Positions 37,021-50,635 of a stretch of 64,000 bases of DNA are shown here, piece by piece. Every line of letters starts with the position of its first letter. Positions within the stretch are counted from its first letter, which is position 1. A program made the translations under genes and the position numbers. Location of the stretch: positions 105,710,001 through 105,774,000 of the forward strand of contig OZ024741.1 in NCBI GenBank assembly GCA_964016885.1, in the 5' to 3' direction. This DNA comes from Eledone cirrhosa (lineage: Eukaryota). The notes below the pieces were generated by a model. That model was given only the letters and a program-made list of their open reading frames with translations. It ran no database searches and was not told the DNA's origin.

Positions 37021-40000
37021 TGGTAAACTACAGCAGAAACCATGGGTGAACTGAATGGTAAACTACAGCAGAAACCATTGGTGAACTGAGTGGTAAACTA
37101 TAGCAGAAACCATGGGTGAACTGAGTGGTAAACTACAGCAGAAACCATGGTTGAACTGAGTGGTAAACTACAGCAGAAACCATGGTTGAACTGAGTGGTA
37201 AACTATAGCAGAAACCATGGGTGAACTAAGTGGTAAACTACAGCAGAAACCATGGGTGAATTGAGTGGTAAACTACAGCAGAAACCATGGGTCAACTGAG
37301 TGGTAAACTATAGCAGAAACCATGGATGAACTGAGTGGTAAACTACAGCAGAAACCATGGATGAACTGAGTGGTAAACTATAGCAGAAACCATGGGTGAA
37401 CTGAGTGGTAAACTATAGCAGAAACCATGGGTGAACTGAGTGGTAAACTACAGCAGAAACCATGGATGAACTGAGTGGTAAACTATAGCAGAAACCATTG
37501 GTGAACTGAGTGGTAAACTATAGCAGAAACCATGGATGAACTGAGTGGTAAACTATAGCAGAAACCATGGATGAACTGAGTGGTAAACTACAGCAGAAAC
37601 CATGGATGAACTGAGTGGTAAACTACAGCAGAAACCATGGGTGAACTGAGTGGTAAACTATAGCAGAAACCATGGATGAACTGAGTGGTAAACTATAGCA
37701 GAAACCATGGGTGAACTGAGTGGTAAACTACAGCAGAAACCATGGATGAACTGAGTGGTAAACTATAGCAGAAACCATGGTTGAACTGAGTGGTAAACTA
37801 CAGCAGAAACCATGGATGAAGTGAGTGGTAAACTACAGCAGAAACTATGGATGAACTGAGTGGTAAACTACAGCAGAAACCATTGGTGAACTGAGTGGTA
37901 AACTATAACAGAAACCATGGTTGAACTGAGTGGTAAACTTCAGCAGAAACCATGGGTGAACTGAGTGGTAAACTACAGCAGAACACATGGGTGAACTGAG
38001 TGGTAAACTACAGCAGAAACCATGGGTGAACTGAGTGGTAAACTACAGCAGAAACCATGGGTGAACTGAGTGGTAAACTACAGCAGAAACCATGGATGAA
38101 CTGAGTGGTAAACTACAGCAGAAACCATGGATGAACTAAGTGGTAAACTACAGCAGAAACCATGGTTGAACTGAGTGGTAAACTACAGCACAAACCATGG
38201 GTGAACTGAGTGGTAAACTTCAGCAGAAACCATGGGTGAACTGAGTGGTAAACTACAGCAGAACACATGGGTGAACTGAGTGGTAAACTACAGCAGAAAC
38301 CATGGGTGAACTGAGTGGTAAACTACAGCAGAAACCATGGGTGAACTGAGTGGTAAACTACAGCAGAAACCATGGATGAACTGAGTGGTAAACTACAGCA
38401 GAAACCATGGATGAACTAAGTGGTAAACTACAGCAGAAACCATGGTTGAACTGAGTGGTAAACTACAGCACAAACCATGGGTGAACTGAGGGGTAAACTA
38501 TAGCAGAAACCATGGGTGAACTGAGTGGTAAACTACAGCAGAAACCATTGGTGAACTGAGTGGTAAACTACAGCAGAAACCATGGGTGAACTGAGTGGTA
38601 AACTACAGCAGAAACCATGGGTGAACTGAGTGGTAAACTATAGCAGAAACCATTGGTGAACTGAGTGGTAAACTATAGCAGAAACCATTGGTGAACTGAG
38701 TGGTAAACTATAGCAGAAACCATGGATGAACTGAGTGGTAAACTATAGCAGAAACCACGGGTGAACTGAGTGGTAAACTATAGCAGAAACCATGGGTGAA
38801 CTGAGTGGTAAACTACAGCAGAAACCATGGGTGAACTGAGTGGTAAACTATAGCAGAAACCATGGATGAACTGAGTGGTAAACTATAGCAGAAACCATGG
38901 ATGAACTGAGTGGTAAACTATAGCAGAAACCATGTATGAACTGAGTGGTAAACTACAGCAGAAACCATGGTTGAACTGAGTGGTAAACTATAGCAGAAAC
39001 TATGGATGAACTGAGTGGTAAACTATAACAGAAACCATGGATGAACTGAGTGGTAAACTATAGCAGAAACCATGGGTGAACTGAGTGGTAAACTATAGCA
39101 GAAACCATGGGTGAACTGAGTGGTAAACTATAGCAGAAACCATGGGTGAACTGAGTGGTAAACTATAGCAGAAACCATGGGTGAACTGAGTGGTAAACTA
39201 CAGCAGAAACCATGGATGAACTGAGTGGTAAACTATAGCAGAAACCATGGGTGAACTGAGTGGTAAACTACAGCAGAAACCATGGGTGAACTGAGTGGTA
39301 AACTACAGCAGAAACCATTGGTGAACTGAGTGGTAAACTATAGCAGAAACCATGGGTGAACTGAGTGGTAAACTATAGCAGAAACCATGGATGAACTGAG
39401 TGGTAAACTATAGCAGAAACCATGGGTGAACTGAGTGGTAAACTACAGCAGAAACCATGGGTGAACTGAGTGGTAAACTACAGCAGAAACCATTGGTGAA
39501 CTGAGTGGTAAACTATAGCAGAAACCATGGGTGAACTGAGTGGTAAACTATCGCAGAAACCATGGGTGAACTGAGTGGTAAACTATAGCAGAAACCATGG
39601 ATGAACTGAGTGGTAAACTACAGCAGAAACCATGGATGAACTGAGTGGTAAACTATAGCAGAAACCATGGGTGAACTGAGTGGTAAACTACAGCAGAAAC
39701 CATGGGTGAACTGAGTGGTAAACTACAGCAGAAACCATTGGTGAACTGAGTGGTAAACTATAGCAGAAACCATGGGTGAACTGAGTGGTAAACTATCGCA
39801 GAAACCATGGGTGAACTGAGTGGTAAACTACAGCAGAAACCATGGATGAACTGAGTGGTAAACTATAGCAGAAACCATGGGTGGACTGAGTGGTAAACTA
39901 CAGCAGAAACCATGGGTGAACTGAGTGGTAAACTACAGCAGAAACCATTGGTGAACTGAGTGGTAAACTATAGCAGAAACCATGGGTGAACTGAGTGGTA

Positions 40001-43000
40001 AACTATAGCAGAAACCATGGATGAACTGAGTGGTAAACTATAGCAGAAACCATGGGTGAACTGAGTGGTAAACTACAGCAGAAACCATGGGTGAACTGAG
40101 TGGTAAACTACAGCAGAAACCATTGGTGAACTGAGTGGTAAACTATAGCAGAAACCATGGGTGAACTGAGTGGTAAACTATCGCAGAAACCATGGGTGAA
40201 CTGAGTGGTAAACTATAGCAGAAACCATGGATGAACTGAGTGGTAAACTACAGCAGAAACCATGGATGAACTGAGTGGTAAACTATAGCAGAAACCATGG
40301 GTGAACTGAGTGGTAAACTACAGCAGAAACCATGGGTGAACTGAGTGGTAAACTACAGCAGAAACCATTGGTGAACTGAGTGGTAAACTATAGCAGAAAC
40401 CATGGGTGAACTGAGTGGTAAACTATCGCAGAAACCATGGGTGAACTGAGTGGTAAACTATAGCAGAAACCATGGATGAACTGAGTGGTAAACTACAGCA
40501 GAAACCATGGGTGAACTGAGGGGTAAACTATAGCAGAAACCATTGGTGAACTGAGTGGTAAACTATCGCAGAAACCATGGGTGAACTGAGTGGTAAACTA
40601 TAGCAGAAACCATGGATGAACTGAGTGGTAAACTACAGCAGAAACCATGGGTGAACTGAGGGGTAAACTATAGCAGAAACCATTGGTGAACTGAGTGGTA
40701 AACTATAGCAGAAACCATGGATGAACTGAGTGGTAAACTATAGCAGAAACCATGGGTGAACTGAGTGGTAAACTATAGCAGAAACCATGGGTGAACTGAG
40801 TGGTAAACTACAGCAGAAACCATTGGTGAACTGAGTGGTAAACTATAGCAGAAACCATTGGTGAACTGAGTGGTAAACTACAGCAGAAACCATGGGTGAA
40901 CTGAGTGGTAAACTACAGCAGAAACCATTGGTGAACTGAGTGGTAAACTATAGCAGAAACCATTGGTGAACTGAGTGGTAAACTATAGCAGAAACCATGG
41001 TTGAACTGAGTGGTAAACTATAGCAGAAACCATGGATGAACTGAGTGGTAAACTATAGCAGAAACCATGTATGAACTGAGTGGTAAACTACAGCAGAAAC
41101 CATGGTTGAACTGAGTGGTAAACTATAGCAGAAACTATGGATGAACTGAGTGGTAAACTATAACAGAAACCATGGATGAACTGAGTGGTAAACTATAGCA
41201 GAAACCATGGGTGAACTGAGTGGTAAACTATAGCAGAAACCATGGGTGAACTGAGTGGTAAACTATAGCAGAAACCATGGGTGAACTGAGTGGTAAACTA
41301 TAGCAGAAACCATGGGTGAACTGAGTGGTAAACTACAGCAGAAACCATGGATGAACTGAGTGGTAAACTATAGCAGAAACCATGGGTGAACTGAGTGGTA
41401 AACTACAGCAGAAACCATGGGTGAACTGAGTGGTAAACTACAGCAGAAACCATTGGTGAACTGAGTGGTAAACTATAGCAGAAACCATGGGTGAACTGAG
41501 TGGTAAACTATAGCAGAAACCATGGATGAACTGAGTGGTAAACTATAGCAGAAACCATGGGTGAACTGAGTGGTAAACTACAGCAGAAACCATGGGTGAA
41601 CTGAGTGGTAAACTACAGCAGAAACCATTGGTGAACTGAGTGGTAAACTATAGCAGAAACCATGGGTGAACTGAGTGGTAAACTATCGCAGAAACCATGG
41701 GTGAACTGAGTGGTAAACTATAGCAGAAACCATGGATGAACTGAGTGGTAAACTACAGCAGAAACCATGGATGAACTGAGTGGTAAACTATAGCAGAAAC
41801 CATGGGTGAACTGAGTGGTAAACTACAGCAGAAACCATGGGTGAACTGAGTGGTAAACTACAGCAGAAACCATTGGTGAACTGAGTGGTAAACTATAGCA
41901 GAAACCATGGGTGAACTGAGTGGTAAACTATCGCAGAAACCATGGGTGAACTGAGTGGTAAACTACAGCAGAAACCATGGATGAACTGAGTGGTAAACTA
42001 TAGCAGAAACCATGGGTGGACTGAGTGGTAAACTACAGCAGAAACCATGGGTGAACTGAGTGGTAAACTACAGCAGAAACCATTGGTGAACTGAGTGGTA
42101 AACTATAGCAGAAACCATGGGTGAACTGAGTGGTAAACTATAGCAGAAACCATGGATGAACTGAGTGGTAAACTATAGCAGAAACCATGGGTGAACTGAG
42201 TGGTAAACTACAGCAGAAACCATGGGTGAACTGAGTGGTAAACTACAGCAGAAACCATTGGTGAACTGAGTGGTAAACTATAGCAGAAACCATGGGTGAA
42301 CTGAGTGGTAAACTATCGCAGAAACCATGGGTGAACTGAGTGGTAAACTATAGCAGAAACCATGGATGAACTGAGTGGTAAACTACAGCAGAAACCATGG
42401 ATGAACTGAGTGGTAAACTATAGCAGAAACCATGGGTGAACTGAGTGGTAAACTACAGCAGAAACCATGGGTGAACTGAGTGGTAAACTACAGCAGAAAC
42501 CATTGGTGAACTGAGTGGTAAACTATAGCAGAAACCATGGGTGAACTGAGTGGTAAACTATCGCAGAAACCATGGGTGAACTGAGTGGTAAACTATAGCA
42601 GAAACCATGGATGAACTGAGTGGTAAACTACAGCAGAAACCATGGGTGAACTGAGGGGTAAACTATAGCAGAAACCATTGGTGAACTGAGTGGTAAACTA
42701 TCGCAGAAACCATGGGTGAACTGAGTGGTAAACTATAGCAGAAACCATGGATGAACTGAGTGGTAAACTACAGCAGAAACCATGGGTGAACTGAGGGGTA
42801 AACTATAGCAGAAACCATTGGTGAACTGAGTGGTAAACTATAGCAGAAACCATGGATGAACTGAGTGGTAAACTATAGCAGAAACCATGGGTGAACTGAG
42901 TGGTAAACTATAGCAGAAACCATGGGTGAACTGAGTGGTAAACTACAGCAGAAACCATTGGTGAACTGAGTGGTAAACTATAGCAGAAACCATTGGTGAA

Positions 43001-43458
43001 CTGAGTGGTAAACTACAGCAGAAACCATGGGTGAACTGAGTGGTAAACTACAGCAGAAACCATTGGTGAACTGAGTGGTAAACTATAGCAGAAACCATTG
43101 GTGAACTGAGTGGTAAACTATAGCAGAAACCATGGTTGAACTGAGTGGTAAACTATAGCAGAAACCATGGATGAACTGAGTGGTAAACTATAGCAGAAAC
43201 CATTGGTGAACTGAGTGGTAAACTATAGCAGAAACCATTGGTGAACTGAGTGGTAAACTACAGCAGAAACCATGGTTGAACTGAGTGGTAAACTATAGCA
43301 GAAACCATCGATGAACTGAGTGGTAAATTATAGCAGAAACCATGGATGAACTGAGTGGTAAACTATATCAGAAACCATGGATGAACTGAGTGGTAAACTA
43401 TAGCAGAAACCATTGGTGAACTGAGTGGTAAACTATAGCAGAAACCATGGACGAACTG
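37021..43458. repeat. 35-bp satellite array, about 184 copies, with higher-order repeats
   Basis: Unit TGGTAAACTA(C/T)AGCAGAAACCAT(G/T)G(G/A/T)TGAACTGAG. Rare variants recur at offsets of 280, 630 and 2135 bp. Confidence 0.99.
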
Positions 43459-43966
43459 TGGTCTTTGTGAGCTTTAGTCATGTTAAATGCACAATTATTA
43501 AGTATTTAAGGAGATTATTGCAACATCGGTATGGTACTAAATTCAAGAGAAAATAGTAACAACGATGAATAATAGAAAACTAACGGAATGACATTTTAAA
43601 ATGTTACACAACGAAAAGGTCATTCGGCTGGTTTTAAGCATCATGGGAGATATCTCCCCCCACTTCCTTTATTTGTTTTGTTTTTTGTCGTATTTTCTTC
43701 TTTTTTTTTTAGACATTAAATTTGATGCTTCCCAGGCTTCTTGTGTCAGTCCACACTTTGAATGTTTCGATAAAATATTTCACTGTGTTTTGAAGAGAAG
43801 TGTAATGTGAGTGAGGGGTCAATGGTTAGCGGTGTACTTACAGCTTGATCTTTACTTAAAAAATAAAATAAAAATTACACACACAGAGTTGAATAGCCTG
43901 TGAAGTCGAATATCTATCTATCTATCTATCAATCTAACTATATATCTATCACAGACATACATATGT

Positions 43967-44068
<102 letters not shown>

Positions 44069-44291
44069 ATGTATGTGTGTGCATATATATACATTTTTCT
44101 TCTTTTCGTTCACTTATTCCTGGTCAGTTGCGCCTCCTAGGGCACTGTCTAATTTGATGCTAGGTGTGCCGTGCCCTTGATCACGGAACCAGCATGTGAA
44201 ACGAGGCAAGGCGGTGCTGTTCTACCTGTTTCTACACATAAATGAGTGTATATGCTGGTTACATCTATCCTTGAACACATCGACTGCATAT

Positions 44292-44338
44292 ATATTGGGT
44301 TGGACAGAAAGTTCCCGCCGTTTTTCAAAAGGAGGTAA
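44292..44338 (+). mobile_element. Possible Tc1/mariner TIR remnant
   Basis: TA-TTGGGTTGGACAGAAAGTTCCCGCCGTTTTT resembles mariner termini. It is cut by a SINE A fragment (44339-44420) and no partner TIR was found. Confidence 0.35.
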
Positions 44339-45086
44339 ATAATTGTTTCTACTTTAGGCACAAGGCCAGCAATTACCCAGTGCATTACTGGTACTTTATT
44401 TTATCGACCCCGTAAGGATGTAAATAACAGCTTCCCCTGTCTATTAAACACAACAGGCATGAATTGCCACTGTCCATACTCATTAAACCACGATACTCCC
44501 GTTTTTTTGGTGTGAAAGTTCCACCAAATTTGATGCCTAATCACGAGTCACTTTTCTGAAGAAAAAAAGACCATGAAACTCCCGACTTTGGTGCCAAATT
44601 ATCACCAAATTCGATGCCTAATCACTTGATCTTCCTCAATCTATCAAATTGCCCATCAAACATAAAGCAATCTGAGCCACATTTATTTTTGTATATAAAA
44701 CAGAAAAAAATTCCCAACATCAGTTAGATGCGTGTTACAAGCCGGAATAGCCACACATCTCTCCAGCTCTCTTAACGTTTGAAAATCATAAAAATTGTGA
44801 AACCGGTAAAGTTATAAATTATTGTAAATGAACCTTCTTAAAAACTCCATTTGCATTTTCAACTTCTTTTTCATATATTTATATATACACACAATGTAGA
44901 TATATCGATATATAAAAATATATCGATATATCTACATTGATCATAACCCCTCGATGCAGATTTGGCACAAAATACCAATAGCAGAGGGAACTCACATAGA
45001 TATTGTTATAGGTACATTATTAATACTTTGCATAAAAAACATAATTAATTAGAGTAATGAAATATTACTTACATTACATTAGCAAC

Positions 45087-45152
<66 letters not shown>

Positions 45153-45206
45153 CAATTATAAATGTGAAGAGAAAATAGACAAAATATACCTAAATTTTTC
45201 TTCAAA

Positions 45207-45302
45207 GTCCCGACTATACAGTTTCGCCGACTGGTATGCAGCCGCCAGAGTGCAACTAACATGCACCAGGGCCGTGATGAGGGTATCGGATTTTCAAGAG
45301 AC
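45207..45302 (-). ncRNA. Type I hammerhead ribozyme with U3-A8 core (UUGAAAA)
   Basis: Minus strand reads GTCTC-TTGAAAA-T-CCGA...TCGG-C-GAAAC-TGTATA-GTC-GGGAC. Internal hairpins include GTGCA/TGCAC. Lies in a module between (TG)n and (GA)n. Confidence 0.7.
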
Positions 45303-45547
45303 CCCCCTAAATAAAAAGACGAATTCTTGAACTGACTGCTGCAAGTGAAAAATTCTCGGGAGGGAGAATTATCACGTGGTATAGTGGTCACAGAAGGGTG
45401 GTAAAGCCTGGACGTTTGGCGAGTAATATATTTGCTAGAAGAAGCAGCTAATACCCACCTAATTTCACTCGACCGTAAAGGAATTGGGACAAAATAATTA
45501 GATACGAATACATATAGATACATAAGTATAAATACACACATATATAT

Positions 45548-45588
<41 letters not shown>

Positions 45589-45589
45589 A

Positions 45590-45667
<78 letters not shown>

Positions 45668-45670
45668 ATA

Positions 45671-45862
45671 ATAATTGTTTCTACTTTTGGCACAAGGCCA
45701 GCAAATACCCAGTGCATTACTGGTACTTTATTTTATTGACCCCGTAAGGATGAAAGGCAAAGTTAACCTCGGCAGGATTTGAACTCAGATCATAAAGGGA
45801 CGTAACTCTATGCTGCAAAGCATGGCGTCCGACCCTCTACCGATACTGCCAATCCACTGCCT
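45671..45862 (-). mobile_element. Full-length SINE family A
   Basis: Antisense, running from the AGGCAGTGGATTGGCAG head to the GTAGAAACAATTATT tail. Confidence 0.9.
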
Positions 45863-46052
45863 ATATATATAATAATAATAATACTATTTATAGTTATGTA
45901 TATACTATAAACAACTATAAACAGGAAAGGTCAGTAATTTCCTACTACCTTATTACCAGTACGAGAAATAGCTCAATGTACAACATCAGTCGTTTTACAG
46001 AGCAGGAAAATAAATAAATTAGACAATTATCAAAGTTGTGTTCAAATCATTT

Positions 46053-46101
46053 AATAGCTGACAATCGTTTCTTCCAAACTCTCGTTTGGAATCATCGGAG
46101 T
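46053..46101 (-). ncRNA. Hammerhead motif (CCGATGA core), inverted pLTR copy
   Basis: Minus strand reads ACT-CCGATGA-TTCCAAAC-GAGA-GTTTGGAA-GAAAC-GATT-GTC-AGC. Confidence 0.7.
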
Positions 46102-47518
46102 ATCTAATAGAATCTCTAATCTATCATATAATGAAACCATATTTAACAATAATTCACAATACTATAATGAGGCCCTAGCTAAATCAGGACATAAGAATGG
46201 AATTGAATTCCTACCTATAAAATCACATAGTTACACATTATTTCTCAAAATATGGCCATGAGGAAAAATAATAAAAGCACTAGCCACTATAACTCTAAGA
46301 CGAAGGGTAATAACAAACTTAACTCGCACCAAAATAAACACCACGATAATAATATAAACAGGGATGCAAATACCTAAAGAAACATTACTAAAAACAAAAA
46401 TAGAAGAACTAATACATTCTTCAATCCCCCTTTCAATATAAACGTCTCTACCAACTTGCCTAAAGTTTTCTTCTCAATCTTAGAAAAAAACTTCCCATCC
46501 GGCCACAAGTACCATAATCTTATCAATAGAAATACCATTAAAATCTCGTACTCCACCACACCTAACATAGCATACCATATAGCTAGTAGTAATAAAAGGA
46601 AGATTAATAATTATTTCCAACCAATTAAAACACAACAGGAGGTAAACTTAGTATCTGTAAACCATAGTAGTAATAATAATAATAATGATAATAGCACTAA
46701 TGAAATCAATAACAATACGAATGACAGATATCATTACCCTAGTGCTATCCCTAGCAACTAGAATTCTTCACAACATAGTAACCGGCAAGCTAACATCCAG
46801 AATAAATGTAACTGTAGAACTAATAGAACTTGCCCCTTAGGTAATAATTGCTTAACCAAAGACATCATCTACTCATGCACCGTCAACGCAAACAGCTCTT
46901 CTAAAACATATATAGGCTCTACTTCGAACAGCTTCAAGACGAGATACAACTCGCACCTCCACTCTTTAAAAAAACACGAGCTAGCCAGCTCCACTTCTTT
47001 ATCTAGCTACGTACACTCTCTGAAAACTAGGAATAGACCATTTACACTGCAATGGGAAGTAGTAGGTAGGGCTTCATCGTATAAACCACCGAATAAATTG
47101 TGTAATCTCTGTCTTCTAGAGACCCATACTATAATCTTTTCGAAACTAGACCTCCTTAATAGAAAGTCAGAGACATTTTCCTCGTGCCAACACCGATGCC
47201 GGCACTCGTTCCATAACTTTAAACCTAGCTGTTAGTATACAACAATGTCAGATTTGAATTCCCCACCACCTTTAACACTTCACATCTAGGACTTATCAGC
47301 ACCCACAACCACACACTCTTTGATCAACTCTTTCCTCTACACAACTCCTATTTATCTCTAACCTTATGCTCTGCAATAACAGTTAGAATTAAACATAAAG
47401 TTACCACCTTGTGATATAACTACAATAGATTAATTATATTATATACAGTAATGGATATTTAGTATGTAGAGACATTTAATGTAATATGGGATAATAAACT
47501 ATATATACATTTATAATT

Positions 47519-48200
47519 ATACTAGCATTAAAGCCCGGCGTTGCTCGGGGTCAGTAAGTTACCAAAGTTAGGTTGCACCACCCATTTTATGGCAGCACTG
47601 GGTGAATGAATTGCAGACCTGGACTGCCGAAGCAGGAGCTGCGCCAGCAGTGACAATTGTAGTTTCGCCTATGGATATTATCTCTGTGCAAAGAAGTGTT
47701 GAAATTTATTGTTTCACAGTATTTGCGCAGCACGCGCGTAGACGATGCCAGCCGAACAACAGAGCTGCGATGGAGTTGTTCTGCATGGTTGTCTAATGTG
47801 TGTTTTCTAAATTTAAGACAGTAGGGAGGGGTGTGATATGGGGGAGAGTTAGCTGCTGTTTCTAGCAGGTTTAGTGACCTCATAGAGGATATGTTTTCTA
47901 AATTTAAGACAGTAGGGAGTGGTGTGATATGGTGGAGAGTTAGCTGCTGTTTCTAGCAGGTTTAGTGACCACATAGTGGATATTATTGTGTATAGTAAAT
48001 GAACTGATACTTCTTTCTTCCACGTTCGTTGATAGATGTTTTAAAACAGATTTATCGCTGTTTATTTTTGTTGTTGAATAAATTTATCTGTTGCTTTTGA
48101 ATAATTGTTGTTTCGTATGAAATGTAATAAGTTCTCTTTGTCATTGAAGTAAATAAATGTTTGACCGTTCCACACTCAAAAACAAACGTTCTCTCTCTCT

Positions 48201-48246
<46 letters not shown>

Positions 48247-48484
48247 GTTTAGGGGGAGTAGAGAGAGGCAATCAGATTTTATTAGAGGGGTAAAGCGTCA
48301 TGTATTTAGTTTTATCGATTATTTCCGTAATTATGGGTGAGACGTTGATCTAAGTTAGACCATTTACAACATTCTTACAGACTTTGAGTCGAATCGGTTT
48401 GAAATTGTGCAAATGTATAAACATGAAACATGCACACACACACACACACACAACAACAACAATCTGCCTTTTATAGATAATGAT
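47519..48484 (+). mobile_element. Probable non-autonomous Helitron/Helentron-type element nested in the Penelope 3'UTR
   Basis: Starts ACTAG..CCCGGCGTTGCTCGGG (hairpin) and ends GAATCGGTTTGAAATTGTG..(CA)n..TTTTATAGAT. It carries a 91-bp tandem duplication (47801-47891 / 47892-47982). Confidence 0.6.
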
Positions 48485-49522
48485 AATTAAATATTTAAAT
48501 TAATAACATGTATATAAGGGATCTACCTTTAACACAACATAATAATAATAAAGTATATATACATTTATAATTAGATATAAAATGTAATAGTATTGTATAT
48601 TGGGGATCAACTTTTAAAACAATAATGTACATTATTACACATATGATATATCTATTTGGACATATTAACAGCTATACAATTCTTCATAACATATACCTTG
48701 TCCACTAATGAATAGATAACAATCTAAAGAGACCTTTAATGTATGATAGTAAAATACACTGTATTTAAAATCAAGTATAAATATATAGCATTATGTAATA
48801 GAGATTCAATGGTATCACATTATAATGTGTATTAGAGCAAAGAATTTAAATAACTGAATTTAATTAGCTAGTTACCTCCCCTTACGCATTAGCTCCCCTT
48901 ATTCACTTCTAGAAATTAACGATTGGAAAATTTACTGGTTGATCAACTATAGTCCATGAATATGAATACAATAAGACTAATTTACAAGCCATTGCTAACT
49001 TAAAACATTCAATATAAACATTAACTAAATTTAATTCAACATATGTAATGGAAAAGACTGCAAAAACTTTATGTTTCTCAACACACACAAATTCAAACAC
49101 TATCAACATACTATATCCACCATAGATTTTAATACATTAAAATATTTGCTTAAAGTGCAGTATTTACTTATCTATATATGCATAATAACTTTACTTGTTT
49201 CCTTCTCACATATATGACTAACGCAGTTGCACTCTCCGCACGCCTGCATATGTATTGTTAATGTACCCTTCCTTTCTCAAAACTCATTTCTCAATGCCTC
49301 TTTAATTATTGGACTATTCTCTTGTTTTATCTGTTGCATGTATTCCACTCTGCTTTTAATTTGAATTTGAATGTTTGTACAATTATTGTACAATTCTCGT
49401 AAAATATATGTCACATCCATTCCACCCTGTAAATACGAAACTGTTGCTCACAACATCAATATATAAGTATCTATATTATTGTTCAGTTGGATAGGAGGTT
49501 AATTATATGTACAAACATTGAT

Positions 49523-49574
49523 AATGCTCCGATGATTCCAAACGAGAGTCTGGAAGAAACGATTGTCAGCTATT
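49523..49574 (+). ncRNA. Hammerhead ribozyme motif in the Penelope pLTR (CCGATGA core)
   Basis: AAT-GCT-CCGATGA-TTCCA..TGGAA-GAAAC-GATT-GTC-AGC-T-ATT; GUC triplet. Confidence 0.75.
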
Positions 49575-50257
49575 AAATGATTTGAACACAACTTCGATAA
49601 ATGTCTAATTTATATATATATATATATATATATATGTCGGTTATGTGACCTTGAATTGTTCCACATTTTGAGTTCGAAGAATAAGTTACTCAACAATAAA
49701 ATCGAAAGATCAATTTATTGTAACCATAGACTTAAAGAAAAATTCGAAGTGCAATCGAACCCTTAACCTCCTACTACCACCTGGCAAACTGCATATACTT
49801 AGACTTTCTACCCTCTTATTGAATCTAACCCCTTTAATTACCCACAATAACTAATACTTATGTCCCTCTCTCTCCTCCTTCATTCCTTTTCTCTTTTTTG
49901 GTTTTCTTCTTTTCTTCTCTCCCTTTTTTGTTCTCTTTTATTTTCTTCTTTTTTCTCTTCCCCCTTTTTATATATATATTTATCTCACTATCTCCCCCCC
50001 CCTCTCTCTCTCTCTCCCTATCACTATAAACAATTTAATTCTCTTTAACTCCCTAAACTGTAAATTGACGACATCAAGTCTACGAATCAAAACTGATCGA
50101 GGAATCCTTCCATCTTTACCCCTCCCACCATCTCCGTTTGTCCCTCTACTTCCTAATTCTTCTCCCCCTTCCTCTCTCTCTCTATACTAGTAAATACGAT
50201 TTTTAAAAAATGTATTTTTTTAATATATTAAGAACCTTTTACAAGTAACTTATTAAT

Positions 50258-50358
50258 TATTTTGAAAATTTGGAGGTGAATAACAGTTATTATCGAGTGG
50301 CTGCTATTTAAAGCATATCGATATAAGGTTGCGCTTACCAATGAAACGGTCGTAAATA
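50258..50358 (+). ncRNA. Hammerhead ribozyme with U3-A8 core and long stem II
   Basis: TATT-TTGAAAA-T-TTGG..TTAT.ATCGA..TCGAT-ATAA..CCAA-T-GAAAC-GGTC-GTA-AATA. Confidence 0.6.
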
Positions 50359-50551
50359 CCTGGATAAAATCCTTTTTTTTAATGCTTACCTGTGTTTTCT
50401 CTTTTATTCTTTATACTCCAAGATTGAACATGATTTACTAACCATATTCTTGCAAACTTGTGGAGTTACCCCTAACCGTACGTTGGAAACCGTCCAAGAA
50501 ACTGGCTATCTTAACCACGAACTGGATTACAATAAGCAATTTTCTGCTTTC

Positions 50552-50629
<78 letters not shown>

Positions 50630-50635
<6 letters not shown>

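Larger units (their letters stand above)
46013..49612 (+). mobile_element. 5'-truncated Penelope-like element (GIY-YIG) with an inverted partial pLTR
   Basis: Coding remnant 46260-47235: FFNPPFNINVSTN..HKYHNLINRNTIKISYS; CNCR..CPLGNNCL..IIYSCTV..YIGST..FKTRYNSH; CNLCLLE; LLNRKSE..CQH. The 3' end 49525-49612 is duplicated in inverse at 46013-46101. Confidence 0.9.

Noticed and set aside
37021-43458. CRISPR array, or a satellite-encoded hammerhead (CTGAG...GAAAC-CATG-GT)
   Set aside because: The units are contiguous with no unique spacers and there are no cas genes. The CTGAGTG core does not match CUGANGA, and neither stem I nor stem II can be paired.
44142-44217. Hammerhead-like stems (GCACTGTC/GGCGGTGC, ATGCT/AGCAT, GAAAC)
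   Set aside because: The core and the cleavage triplet are too degenerate to call.
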